Made by a program: the position numbers and the translations under genes. Source: Girardia tigrina (lineage: Eukaryota). From it: a stretch of DNA of 64,000 bases. Below the pieces are notes generated by a model, which saw nothing but the letters and a program-made list of their open reading frames with translations, was not told the origin of the DNA and ran no database searches. The DNA lies in NCBI GenBank assembly GCA_001938485.1, contig MQRK01223826.1, positions 6,352-70,351 of the forward strand, written 5' to 3'. The first letter of the stretch is position 1, and each line of letters opens with the position of its first letter. Shown piece after piece: positions 1 through 13,390 of this stretch.

Positions 1-346
1 TATGAATTATTATTAATATAATTATCTACTTACAATTGTAAGTAGATAATATGAGCGTTAGTGAAGCAGGCAGGCAGGCAGGCAGGCAGGCAGTGACTTG
101 GGCTTTTATAATATAGATAATAATAAATCACAATAAAATGGAAAAATATCAATTTATTATGAAAAATTCTGTATTTAATGTGGAAAAATATCAATTTATT
201 ATGAAAAATTCTGTTATTATTTCAAAAATTTACCTTACAGCATTAGTGAGGCAGTGAGGCAGGCAGTGAGTGACTTGGGCTTTTATAATATAAAAATATT
301 TGAACCCCCGGCAAGAGAGGGCCGCGAAGCGGGCCGAGCGCGCTAG
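1..346. mobile_element. Helitron-like termini with (GCAG)n microsatellite
   Basis: GC hairpin GGCCGC-GAA-GCGGGCC then CTAG|T at 346. Minus-strand A|TCTATATTATAAAAGCCCAAGTCAC start near 117. Near-identical to 22603-22716. Confidence 0.7.
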
Positions 347-398
347 TATTCAATAATTAATTAATAATTAATCTAAATAAGGTTCATAACGAACTTAC

Positions 399-809
399 AT
401 TTCCATCCATACCCATCGACTCGATCTTTGGATCTTTGCCCCAATCAGTCCAAAAGATTCGTCGAAATTTGGGATGAACTACAATTGATCTGACTTTTGA
501 ACTATTGTCGAATTTCACAAGGACTTTTCGAATGCCACTGGTAACATTCAACACGGAAATCTCATTGTAATAGATATCAGTCCAAAACAAGAGACCGTGA
601 ATCCAATCATACGCAAGTCCAACAGGAGAATGGATTCTATCATTTACAAGAGAAAGATGTTGATTTTGTTCGGGTTTCGAAACCGAATGATAGTTCTGGA
701 TTATTTCTGGAGCTGGTTCAAATTGTGTCCAGAAAATACGTTTGTTTTTATAATCGAAATCTATGCCAACCGGCAAAAATGAGGACTTCTTGTCGGACGG
801 ACTGTATAG
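399..809 (-). CDS. LDL-receptor-family gene, YWTD beta-propeller exon (gene continues beyond window start)
   Basis: aacag|CTA...AAT|gtaagt; IDFDY...IFWT, PVGLAYDWIHGLLFWTD, IFWTDWGKDPKIESMGMDG. The 7 LDLa-2 EGF-YWTD order matches the LDLR/VLDLR/lipophorin-receptor architecture. Confidence 0.93.
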
Positions 810-1459
810 CTGTTGTCAAATTGATATGATCAATGATAATAATTATTATTCTAATCATAATAATGTGTGAGAATTTATTATCCAAAACATTTCAATACAA
901 TTTAGTTGATGAATATGATATGAAATAATTTATAATTGTCAATTTAGAGATAAAAGATCGTTTTTCAAGACAGGCTCCAGTTTCGTTGTTGAGTGTTATC
1001 AGTTTTTGAATCTGAATTCAGAACTGTTCTTTTATCATTTGATTTTTTATTTTCAGTGGTTTTAGAGCTTTTAAAAATTACCTTTACACAGTGACCGACA
1101 AGTTCATTTTTTAACATAAGAACAGTGAATAAAAAGGAGTCCCATGTTAAGTGATAAAACGTGCTGGTGCGAGAGCGGACGCAGCGGTTTTGCGGTCGCG
1201 GCGCGCTGGCGACAGAGTGCGAAAATCGGGTCGGGGGGAGGAAAAATAAATTAACATACCCGGACCTTGCCGGCTTTTGGGACGTTGGACCGCCGCAGAT
1301 ATCGAATTGTCAGTTCGTTTTCCCATGATCGGTTCAAATCTCACTGAAAAATGTTTCCTTTGAATCAGTTCACAAGCCAAAAAGAAAAGAATAATCACAA
1401 TAACAATAATGAAAATCAAATAATATTGATTGTTATTTTCTTCAAGAATCGAATTATAA

Positions 1460-3351
1460 TAAATCACTTCTTTCATCATGTATGCCAATTCTGTTTCGTT
1501 TGGAGCATTTTAGTGATCAGAAGAACAGCATCTACTGTTATGAAATCGATTTTGGCAAATTGCCGAAGACCAGATATTATTCGTATCACAACCCAGTCCG
1601 TAATGCGGGATTCAATCTTTGGTACCAACTGAAAACGTTAACGAGCACGACAGAGATCTCTTAATCGATTCATTGAATCGTATAATTCTCAGAAGGCTAG
1701 GTAGCAGTGGCATTGCGTAATCCTTCAACGGACTCGCGATAATTGCAATAGCTTCCGGTGAGTTCGTGTAAGTAGCCTTTGAATCAGCTTCCGGAGAAGA
1801 GATTCTTAAACGTATTCGCTTAAGCAAACTAAAGCTTTGATAATCTGATTTCTGAATATCTGGTGGGAATGGGACGGATATTCGGAATCACGTTTATCAA
1901 TGGTTATCAGACTGTTCATTTATAAATAATTAATAAATGAATCGCCATTTTCAAAAATGGTCACGCAAGAATCGCTAAGAATGACTTCTTTAATGTCACT
2001 AATGAAGATAGAAAGAATTTCTTGCTGTCTCTGTAATTCGTAGTTAGAACTGTGACATATATAGATAGTCATTGCTTCAACTATAATCGGATGCTCATAA
2101 AGTTTATTGCAAATGGATTTATAATAACAAAAAATATTTTCAAAAAGAGATGAAGTAATTAAAAAATCAAAATCTCTAAAGATCCTTAAAATCCAAACAC
2201 CACAATTTTTGTTTAATTGGTGCCATTGCATATATTGAGGACAATTAGGATATAGAGACTCAAACATACTGAACCAAATAAAAAATTTTTCCAGACATTT
2301 TCTCACAATATCGTGACTAGAAGCAAAAGGAAAAAGTAGGCCAAGGAGATCAGCATAAAAAGAAACCACATGTACGTTTGAATTATCAGAAGCTAATATA
2401 TTCCTGATAATGTTTGTAGCTTTACTAATTATTTCTTCAGAAAAAGTTGTAAAAACATTTTTAATCTGGTCTTGGAATTTGTCATCGCTGTATGGATTGA
2501 TGTCCAATTTAAGCCCGAATTCGATAACCGATAGCAAATGTTCGAGATTCCTTTGATTAGTGATCAGTAACAGTAACGTTGCTGTTCGATCTTCTGGTCG
2601 TCCCTTTCGCTCGAAAATAGTCTCGATGGTTTCAATGATTGCGGAATCGAATTTATCGATGATAAGCGATGGAATAAGAACTGTGAATATTCGATCAGTC
2701 ATTGAAAACAATATGTCGTGTTTAATCTAGCCGCACAATGATAGCCTCTGATCGTAGATTGATCAATACCGACTAGGAATCGACTGGATTCGAAACTATT
2801 TCTAGACAAAAATCCATAATACCCTCGAAATTGTCGATTACATACGATACAACTTCTTCTTTGCGCTTTTCAGGGGCTTGACTATCATCGGGTAGTGTCT
2901 CAAACAGATAATAGAGCACCGCCAAGATCACCGCTTGCGTTATTGTTCCGTAGCTTTTCAATCCGATTAAATCAACAATAAATGTGTTATAATTCTGTGG
3001 ACATTCATGTCGAATGAAATAAACCACAGATTTGGCGATTATCCATCGCATAACTCTCTCGGAATCGTTATTTACATTTATTGATTGATATTTCTGGATT
3101 ATTTCCATCAAATAAGACTGTTTTATTTTTATCCGCTTCATTCCATTTATACAAAATATAATGTTCGAGACATTTCAAACCGAATATTTTCGCTTGTTCA
3201 TTTATAACGGGGCTCAATAGTGTTTTTAAATCTTACAATCCGTACAAATCATTTTGGAATGTATTTAAAATGTGAAAATGTTGATGTCTTTCGTCGTTCA
3301 TAAATTCGGATCAGCTGTTTTCCATAGACTTTCAATTATACTTTCAATCAT
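1460..3351 (-). pseudogene. XPO5: Exportin-5-like intronless pseudogene nested in LDLR intron
   Basis: Colinear XPO5-like blocks across stops and frameshifts: AKIFGLKCLEHYILYKWN (3199-3140; cf. RHFGLQILEHVVKFRWN), RHECPQNY (cf. KREWPQHW), ERKGRPEDR (cf. SRKGKLEDR), LLFPF, EAMTIYICHSSNYE (cf. EALVLISNQFKNYE), DSFINYL (cf. DAFIAYV). Confidence 0.78.
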
Positions 3352-4149
3352 GTTTAAATAATTCACGAAAAATCAGATTTTTTAACGTATATTTATTTGT
3401 ACACAAACAACTCTGATTATTTTTAATTTAATCAAACAAATTCCAAATTAATAATTTGATCGACAAAATTCACATAAATCAAAAAAAAATAATTAAAAAT
3501 TACTGCTTTTTCACAAAATTAATCAATTCCACACCTGTACACAAATTCATTTTTTTTAATTAAGAAAAAAATATTTTTACCACCAATTTTTCCCATTTTT
3601 TTCACAGCGTAAAAAGAAATTGAAATTTATCACAAAACACGTGCTTTACATAGGAGCCATTGTTCAAGTTTGGAAAATAACGCTATGAATGATGTGCTCG
3701 TAAGACTGAAGTTCTAGTTTACTTATCTAAAGGGTTGATGAATCTACTCAATAACATGGCATAAAAATAACTTCTAGGATCAATATTATATAAAACAATA
3801 ATTTTGATTGCGAATTGTGGGTTTACTATAATTGTTAAAATTTTATTAATACAGTAAGATAGACCAATACTAGACCAATAGATGTAATCACCAAGTACGT
3901 TTGACCATATACTTGTAGTGTTCCACATCTTCCTTCAACTAAAGATCTCTCAAAGACCCTTTTAGGTTTATTAATATTTAACCCGATTTTCAATTTTTTA
4001 TTCAGAGTCAAATTAAGAAATGAAGGTAATTATGCGTACATATTATTAAAAATGTATAAATAATACTAAATTTAGAATCAAAGACAAAATAAAAATTAAT
4101 CACAATTTGTTTGAAAAAAATAATTTAATTCGATCTTCACGTGTTTAAT

Positions 4150-4400
4150 GATTTGCGATTTCCTATTTACGTGTCCCATGCAATGAGTAAAAAAATGGGA
4201 CATTAATTCTTGCATCTCAAAATTTTCTCTGTCATTTTTTCAACTTGATTGAAACTTATTTAGTCTTATAAATCCTAGATTAAGAAGGTTCGTTCTTCCA
4301 TCTCTTGTCGTTATCACTACAAAATTCATGAATCTGCGGTTATTAATGTCTCGAGAAGATCTCTTCCGATAAATGTTTTTATGATAAACATTTGAATTGA
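4150..4400 (-). mobile_element. hAT-like transposase remnant
   Basis: Minus-strand NNRRFMNFVV...LNLGFIRL and HCMGH (CxxH) resemble hAT catalytic-domain motifs. Confidence 0.4.
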
Positions 4401-5429
4401 GTCTCTTCTATCACGTAGTACGAAAAAACGTTGGCAATTTGCGATAAATTTTCCAAGATCGCTGCGCCCATCGAAGATTTTTGTCAATTTATTTCACATG
4501 TGGTGTGGTCACCATTAAAATATTTTCCAGAGTAAAAAAAACTAGGAACAAAGTTTATTTAAAAGTAATATATGTGTTACATTGATTTATTAAATCCTTC
4601 TCAGACGTTTACAGAATAATATTATGGATCATATACAGGGTTGGACATTGAATTAAAATAATTATAGATTATATCAACTTTTAGATGTTTTAGATTTTAA
4701 ACTCTGTTTTTGTTTTATATAATTATTTACGTTTTGCAAAATTTTAAATTAAAAATTTTAAATTATTCAGCGAATCGAAAATTTTAACTGACTCTCAAAC
4801 AACTTTATCTTTTTCCAAATTTGTTTTCCAATAGATTTGCATCTTTTTTTTCCTTTGGAAAGATCGTGTCTATCCCATAGTTAGCAGATATCAGAGTCTA
4901 GACATAATCGCTCTCTCAACTTCGTTTACCGACATTGGTTTACATTAAAATGTAAAAAAAAAACAGTTCTGTGCTTCACAGATGTTCTAAATATCTCTTA
5001 CAAATATTGTTTGCGCTTCTTATTTATTTATTTATTTAACATTTCCAATGGAGTCATTAGCGAATTGTCACACATGTTTGCCACAAATGTCAAAGTAGTG
5101 TAAATCACCAAATTAACAGATTAAAAATCCAATGTATTAATTTTATGTAAATTTATATATTATTGAAACTGTATATCTTCTGATTCAGAAGATTCTGAAA
5201 ATATAAAATTTAAATATAAAATTTTTCCTTAAAAGTTTTCCCATATAGATGCTATAGATTTGAGTAACATATTTCTGTGCGGCTATGGTTTACTTATCCC
5301 AAAAATAGTTAACCTAAATCCTAAAGTATAATAATAAAAAATATATAAGAAAAACTGAAAACTTATAACATCCTTTTAATTTTAATTGAATGCTTGATTA
5401 AATAATTTTGTTTATTCATTTATTAGTTA

Positions 5430-7557
5430 CCGTATACGCTTTAATTAGCTCCGTGGTGCTTAATGAGTTTTAATAAATTTTGAACGGGGGTAAATAAAAA
5501 GCAGACTTATATTTTCAATATCGTTTTGTTCATTACATTGGCTTTCGATATCAATCACAATTTCATTTTCTTTCAGCTGCTCCTAATCACTTTCATCCGA
5601 CAAGATTATGCTATTCATATTTTCTAAAGCAATGGTATTTTCTTGTAGCAATGTTTTACGTTTCAGCATCTCAGGACTTTGCAAAGATCACTTCTTCTGT
5701 CATCATCACTTTCATCACACGCAGTGGATATTCCGTAATATAAAAAAGTTTAATTTTGGAAAATGGAATGTTATTCTCAGATGCAATAGGAAGGACCCAG
5801 ATACCTTCCCTGTTAGTTATAGTGAATTCTCTATTCATCATCCAATTAGATGTATAAAGCATTGTTTTTGACTTTGAAAGTACGATTCCAACTAATGTCA
5901 CCTGGGTGTACAAATTTAGTGCAGTCACCCGCAACTACTGCCATAAGAATATTAAAATTTTTAACTTGAGTTTTAAAGGCTGGCATAAGGTGATAGTAGA
6001 AAGAGTATCGAACAAGCAATCGACTATTAAAGCCAATAATCCGATTTAAATAACCTGTTGTTAGTTGGACATCTGTCCATACGTTATTTGAATAAACAAT
6101 ATGACCAACTTATGCCTTTCTATTTCAGGCAATGGTCATTTTCCTTTCAATACGATATCTGGTTTCCATTTGCTGCCATCCGTCTTATCTGTGAGCATCA
6201 CAATACATTTAATTTTTTCGTGACCCGTTGTTAAAATGGTGACATCTTTTGCTCCGATTTTATTAATACTTGTCGATCCAACGCCCTTAAACCAACAAGA
6301 AGTTTCATCACACCCAAAAATGTTTTCTAAGGAATAATTAAACCACAAGCGTAATTGATGAATATGAAGAACAAATTTAACAATTTTCTACAAGTAATCA
6401 GATGGCGGTTTTGTACAACAGCTGTTCTTCACCTATATGTAAAATTGTTTTTATCATTAAATTTCTCAACCCAGCTTTCACACACTTTAAATTCTTTTAA
6501 TGATGGATCTTGACTGTGGAGCTCTAGCCACACTTCTCTTACTTAAATACAAATCGTCTTATTTGTAGCTCTAAGCTTTCCGATTCTTAAATCTTCAATA
6601 AAATTTATTATAAGCTGTTCTAGGATATCGCTAATAATGTGTCTGCATCCACCATCTAGACGAAAACGTTTATTTGGTTTAATTAATGCCATAAAATCGG
6701 CTTTTTTTAAATTTCACAAAATTTAAAGTTGTTGGGGTTCCTTTTGGTGAACTTTAAATTTTTGATATTTTTAAAAATCATATTTATATTTTAAATAAAT
6801 TAAAAATAAATAAAAAAATAAATAAAAATAAAAATAAATAAATAAAATTAAAAATAATATTTTTGAATTTCAAATTTTTGAATTGTATTTTAAATTTGTA
6901 AATTATTGTTGCAATTTTTATTAAAAACAAATAAAAGGTTTTTATTAAAAAGAAATAATTTATAATCGAATGATTTAAAATCAAAGAAAGATATTTAGGA
7001 ATTGAATTTTTAAAATATTTTTAAAGATCTAAATTTCTGCAAAATTGAATAAAATAACATTTATATATTTATCGATATTATTATTTATATTTAGAATTTT
7101 GAGATCTAGATTATGTAATTAAAATATTGTTCCTCATAAATTTGTTTCAATAATGAAAATTGTAGTAGAAATAAAGTTTACAAAATATTTACTTCCAATT
7201 TTAATCACGAACCTAATACCAGTATTTCGAGATGATGGACGTCGGTCTTGGCCTTTTCAATAATTTTTATTTTAAAGTCAATTGAGTATATTTTTCAGCT
7301 TATGTCCTTTGTGAGAATTTCTATCTTTAAAATCTTCTTCATCCATGATTTCAAAAAATAATGAACGTAATTTAAAACTTTACTTAAAACCTAACATTTT
7401 ATAAACTTTTAAATTTTACTTTAACTTTGATAGTATTTAAATAATTTAATTTAATGTTTAATATAATGCGGAGCTTAATTTCACATGTATTGCAAAATGC
7501 GGAGCTAGTTAGAGTGCCGGGCTAAAATGTAAGCGGGGCTAATTAGAGCTCATACGG
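5430..7557 (-). mobile_element. pogo/Tigger DNA transposon (decayed)
   Basis: TA|CCGTATACGCTTTAATTAGCTCCG ... CGGGGCTAATTAGAGCTCATACGG|TA; minus-strand IFGCDET...TTGHEK...DGSKWKPDIVLKGK (DDE_1 type). Confidence 0.85.
6722..7219. repeat. Dispersed AT-rich repeat with mariner-like terminus (second copy ~60712-61590)
   Basis: Long matching blocks in both copies, e.g. TTTTGGTGAACTTTAAATTTTTGATATTTTTAAA and the end TTCCAATTTTAATCACGAACCTAATA. Confidence 0.75.
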
Positions 7558-9068
7558 TAAGTTTTCAACTTTTATAATTACATTATTGGTATTTTTATAT
7601 TTAAAAACTATGATTTTAGTGCTAAAATTACGAAAATATCTATGTATATTAATTACACTTGATGAGGTGGGTTAAATATTAAGCAGTAAGATGTAAACTA
7701 CCCCAATCATTACAAATAATACGAAAATAGAATCATTAAAATATAACAAAAAATCTAATAATAATACAGTAGAAGATTCTATTTGAGCCTGTCAAAGCAA
7801 TGAAGTTTGACATAAAGATTTTTAAATTCAGCTCTTTTTATATATTTATTTCCCCTGCATAAACATACGATGGTAAACATTTCAGGTAGAATATGTTTGA
7901 AAGATTACATATCCATTTCTTGAAACAAATGTTATTTAACCGCAACTTCATGTTATTCAACAGACCAATTTACAATTATTGAATTTGTACTATTTTTGTG
8001 TACGGAGAACACTAGGGTTATATAAGTACGATTTATAATTCCAGTACTAACGTAACGCCTGGCTAAAAAACCGCACGTAGATCCCAAAACGATGAGCTCC
8101 TATTCAGCTTCTTCCATTTAAGATTAAATTATAGAGTACTAATTTAAACGGGTGTATAAAGAATTTTTTTTAATTATGTCCTAAATAGTTGTTATTTGAA
8201 TATTTTAAAATTAACCTTTGTTTAAAAAATACATTTTTACTTATATCATCCACAATAATAAAATACAATCAAGTTTCTCCAACCCGGACTTCTGATGATT
8301 TAGGAAAAATGGGCATTAAGGAAGACTGAAAGCCCGGTGGTTCCAATACTGGTGGTATTGTCGTGACTCTAGTGTGGAATTTTAGTTTACATGAGCTTGT
8401 TACATTTAAGTTATTTATTTTTAGTTTCTTGGTCCTCAAAGGGTTAAATAGCATTTGTTAATAATTATCACAATTAGATTCCCAATAATTTTGTATCTAG
8501 CTGCAAACATGATAATACTTCAATAGTTAATTGGTTGAAATAGGAAGGGAATCTTCATGTAGAAATTATTCCCTCAAAGCAAGTTGGGAACATTAAAACA
8601 AGACGAATAATGCATATCAGCTTTCCTTGTAATCAATTTCGATGGATATACCGCCATCTTCAGACATATCAGTCATGTATCAGCATTTACATATCAAAGA
8701 AATTTTCATGGAATCATTATATAATAACCAAATCAAACAAGTATATTCAAAACAGTTGAAGAAGATGATGTTTGTGCATCAGTTTTAGGATCATAATATT
8801 TTGTCATCAATCCTTCACAAACCATTCGCAGAAATTATTAAACCGTGATCACAATTTTAAAATTACTTATAACAACTCTAGTTAAAAACTCTCTGTTTTG
8901 AGAAATATATCGATTTCACTTTGATTATGTTCGAGGATTCATTTAAAGAGATGACGACAAGTCTTTGCGATGTATGTTGCACCACAACCATTATATATAT
9001 ATATATATATATATATATNNNNNNNNNNNNNNNNNNNNNNNNNNNNNNNNNNNNNNNNNNNNNNNNNN

Positions 9069-9124
<56 letters not shown>

Positions 9125-9849
9125 TATACAAAAGATATCAAATTAAAATTTAACATATTATTCGAGTAACATTTGAAAAAATAATCTGAATTTATAACTT
9201 ATGCAGATGTGAATGAAGCATTCTATCATTTATTTGTACACAACTATTCTTCACAGAATCTTTCAAAAATATGTTAAAATTATGTTATTCAGTATACCTT
9301 ATTCAGTATAAATCCTCAATTTTTTAAGCATATGATATGTATACACACTGTCTTCTGTTTTGATCAGTAAAAGATTTCTTCTATTTGAGATGTTTAAAGT
9401 AATACCTAAATAATTATGTATGCTTATATTTCATTAGGAAAATTGTAGAATTCATGTATTCGACGTAGACAAGTGAACGGAGAAGAACAAATGCATGTTT
9501 GAATACTCTATATCTCGTTGATTACTTGAACAGTAGCACGACAATATTGAGGAATTAACCTCTTCAAACACTTGTTATCAGTAGCGGAAGTCAACTTTGG
9601 TCGTCCATATTTCTTTGGTGATAAGTAATTATGTAGATATTTAGCTTTTTTAATGTGATCGAACTTCATCGATTCACTTATATCTAAAATTTGTTAAATT
9701 TACCTTACTGATTTTCCTTTAACATGAATGATAAATATTTACTCACGCATTTTATTACTCATCTTTTTTCACGAATTATATTAAAAAACGAAAATTTAAT
9801 TGACTCAAATATTTAAACAATTTGAAAGGCTTTTGTTTAAAAGCAGTAG

Positions 9850-10360
9850 ATGGTACAATAAATTTAAAAATAATCTCCCGTACCTAGAAATTGAAAGTAT
9901 GTTTAGTAATAAATCTTCAACACCGTTAAAATTGTGTTCGGATCTCATTTACCAATATACATGTAATGAGTGTAATGCCACATACTTTGGAGACTTCGTG
10001 TCATCTCTGTAAGAGAATCCAGGAACACAGTCGTAAGGAAAGTGGAAGAATTATTGCTGGACATAGTAAACATTGCAAAAGGGAGATAAACATCCATAAC
10101 TTTAAAATTCTGTGCACTCAATTTAAGAATTACTGAGAGAGAGTGACATGTGAAGCGTTATATATAAGATCTTTGGATCCTAAAATTAACGTTCAAAATG
10201 CACTCTCGACAATTTTATTGAGGGTTTATTGATGACGTATTGACTACATAATCATTTCCGGCACTATATAAGTCCATTTATTTTTAAAAAATTAGTTGTT
10301 CTGACGATGACGGTTAATCCGTCGAAATTAATAAACATTTTCAATTGGCTTTCGACTTTT
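9850..10360 (+). mobile_element. Penelope-like element 3' fragment (GIY-YIG endonuclease + pLTR)
   Basis: DLIYQYTCNECNATYFG-ETSRHLCKRIQEH...RVTCEALYIRSLDPKINVQ followed by a hammerhead motif. Confidence 0.85.
10295..10339 (+). ncRNA. Minimal type I hammerhead ribozyme (PLE-associated)
   Basis: TGTT-CTGACGA-T-GACGG-TTAAT-CCGTC-GAAA-TTAA-TA/AACA; palindromic stem-loop III ATTAAT; lies just 3' of a PLE GIY-YIG fragment. Confidence 0.8.
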
Positions 10361-11339
10361 AATAATAACTACGTGTTTTTACTAATAATCCATATTGAAT
10401 TTGAAATAATTCATTGCCTACATTTGTATTATTTTTATTTGATTTTTTCAAATTATTTTATAATTTCATTTAGATTATCATAAAATATCAAATTACTTCA
10501 TCTATAATATCAAAAAGTATTTACTATTTATAATTTAAAATTTTTAATAAAAAATATTTTACGTGTCCAAATACATAAACATATAGGTAAAAATAAGAAA
10601 TTTTAAATTGGATTTTAAAATAAATTTTTGTATTATAATTTCAATAAAAAAATTTTAAAATATAATTTATAACAAGTATGATAAATTATAAATAATCAAA
10701 ATCGGCGAAATGAATCTTAAATTGGGGAAAGAAGGAAAAATTTTGTTTATAATAAAATTATTTATTGTGTTATTAATGACTTCAACTATTGATTTACAAC
10801 TGTTTTTCCATTTCCATTCATCCATACCACCTACCCCATGAAATGTCAAACAAATAATGTAAAAAGATTACATTCTTCTAAATCGATTATTATTAATTAT
10901 CGAAAGAATAAAAATGTTATTTTATTAATTTAAAATCGTATTTTTTGAATTTCCGGGTTTCATTTTTAAATCGAATTCGATTTTCATCCACGTCAACGTA
11001 CCAACAATCCATACACTGCCCTTCATTAACTTCATTTATTCAAAAAAGGATCATTAACTATCACTATTGTATTTTTCATTCATTAAAATTCATTCTAACT
11101 TATCAATAATAATTATTATCATCATTATTAGCATTTTTTTAAAGAATCGTAAACGATTTCTACTGTATTATTACTGTATTAAAACTAATAAAAACACATT
11201 TTATTCGATTTAAAACTATACCTTTTTCATCGACAAATTATATTTTCTCTGTAAAATTAAACAAAAAGTAAATGTAATAATAAATATAATAAATAAATGT
11301 AAAAAGAAATAGAAGAAAACGATGCTTAGATTATGTGTA

Positions 11340-11830
11340 GTCGATTTAAAAGTTAATGGGAGAGAGTGACGTCTGAGGCCTTATTAATACGGCAAATGGA
11401 TCCGAAAATTAATGTTCAGACCTCACTGTATATAAATACAAAAATGATGATGGTGTAATCGATTACATGAAATCACACTAATCGAAAATTCTCAATAAGC
11501 TGGTAGAGACTGCCGATTGAACATTGATTTTAGGGCAACGTGGCCTAATTAACAATGCTTCACACGACACTCTACCAATATATATCAAAATGCTTACACG
11601 GATTTATGAAATTCTCAATTTTAACATCACATTTATATTTTTTTCCTATGTTCTGCAATATTACTCTTACTCTCTTTTCGACCATGTTCTTGAATTCGTT
11701 TACAGAGATGACGGGCAGTCTCTCCAATGTATGTGGCATCGCACCCATTACATTTATATTCATAAACAATATCAGAACAAAGTGTTAAAGGTGTAATAGA
11801 TTTATTACTGAACATATTTTGAATTTAATG
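11340..11830. mobile_element. Penelope-like fragments in tail-to-tail orientation
   Basis: Plus strand WERVTSEALLIRQMDPKINVQ; minus strand DIVYEYKCNGCDATYIGETARHLCKRIQEH. Confidence 0.8.
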
Positions 11831-12396
11831 AGATCGTGATATAATTTTATATTTTATTAATAATATTTTTCCAACTGGACAGCTTCATGATTTCATCCTC
11901 CAAGAACTTCTTACTTTCTTAGTTAAAAAGAACATTTGCAGTGATTGAGTTTAAATATGTTTGATGATATTCAATTGTATTTAGGATAATTTATGTAGGA
12001 ATTAATCCATTAAAAAACTATGATTGAAGAGAATGTTAGGAAGAAAACAAATTACTTTTTTAAAAAATGTCCTTAGTTCTGTGTCACACATTTCTTCCCC
12101 TTAAATGGATTGTTGTCTAACTTCCTCACACGATTTTATAATTTATTTAAAATTTATCTACAAGCTGACATTTGAGTTCGAAGTTTGACTTGCTGTATCC
12201 AAAAAGAAACAGGGATTTTGAAAGTTTCTAGAGGGATAAATATGTAGTTCCAAATAAATATGTATTTTTGTGTTATTTGACGACTCTCTGATCGATTATT
12301 TCCTTCGATATTTTAATAATATTAGTATATTAACGGTTATTAAATGATATCCAGTAAATTTTAAATAAAAATTTTCGAAAGAATGTAAAATCTTAC

Positions 12397-12684
12397 CATT
12401 TCCATATACTGGCGCAACAATCGCAACTCACGAATGGAATTTTTAGCGGCAAATAACAAAAACTTTTCCCCAACAGCTAGACACAAATTGACATTCTCAT
12501 GACTTTTTTGAAATCCTTCAAAACATTCACATTGAAATGAACCTTCGAGATTTATACATTTGTGAGAACAAGTGAATTTGTTGGAGCATTCATCTATGTC
12601 CACGCATTTCGATTCGTTTGTAGGATGAATTTTGTAACCGGGTTTGCATTTGCATTTGTGAGTATGATACAAATTGATACAGAT
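12397..12684 (-). CDS. LDL-receptor-family gene, exon with EGF-A end, Ca-binding EGF-B and propeller start
   Basis: tgtag|ATC...ATG|gtaaga; ICINLYHTHKCKCKPGY...CVDIDECSNKFTCSHKCINLEGSFQCECFEGF...LLFAAKNSIR; 288 nt, phase 0. Confidence 0.93.
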
Positions 12685-12849
12685 CTACAAATATTTAGTC
12701 AATTTATAAACTGTCTAGTATATCTATTTATTTATTAATAAATGCAAAGAATCGTTTTCATAACAAAGGAGTAAGAAATGCAATGAAAAATATAGCATTT
12801 TTTAAAACAAGTGTTTTTAATGAAACAATATTCAATGTTTTAAAAATGA

Positions 12850-13390
12850 TCTTTTACCATCTATTGGCAGCTTTATGATTCCATCCTACCAGAACTTCTT
12901 ATTTTTCTAAGCAAAAAGATGAAACACATATTTTGAATGACTATATCCAAGCCTAATTCCAATAGTTCTTACCGGGTCTACAAAGATGCGTCTAGCCTAG
13001 CGTTTTCCTAATGGACCACAACGCCTTTCAGCTTTCCAAATCCGGTAACTTTTCTTCGATGGCTAACTTGAGATGGTAAATTGTAAACAATACCATACTC
13101 AATTCATTGTTTGATTGTTTGTTAGAATTTTATACATGTTTGCTTCCAATCTCAAAGACAGAGCATGATTTTCAAATAATGAAGACCAACTTTTGGAGAC
13201 GTTAACGGTGGCTCATCTCGTTTGTTTCAGTATCATTTTCGCTTGGCATTGTTGTAAAAAATCCATTTTTCATCGTATGTAGCAATCTTTTTCAAAAATG
13301 GATAGTTTTCATTGAGTTTCAAGGTACCAAAAGCAGGCCGAACATTTTTAGCACCCAAGCATCTTAGCGATTTAAGTTACCACGTCTATT
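12850..13390 (-). mobile_element. mariner transposase remnant
   Basis: Minus-strand mariner-like motifs (KKIATYDEKWIF, KVGLHY, DPVRTIGIRL-type) with many lesions. Confidence 0.55.

Noticed and set aside
139-214. Two 34-bp direct repeats with a short spacer; also the tandem pair at 41368-41509
   Set aside because: Simple local tandem duplications with two units and no variable spacers; not CRISPR-like.
1147-1488. 113-aa ORF with a transmembrane-like stretch, considered as the LDLR transmembrane exon
   Set aside because: It lies upstream of the YWTD exon in transcript order, has no NPxY motif, and is fused to the end of the exportin-5 remnant.
8921-9169. ORFs with IYIYIY or X runs (also 22371, 24875, 25118, 46017, 58602, 60148, 61559)
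   Set aside because: Artefacts of (TA)n microsatellites and N gaps.
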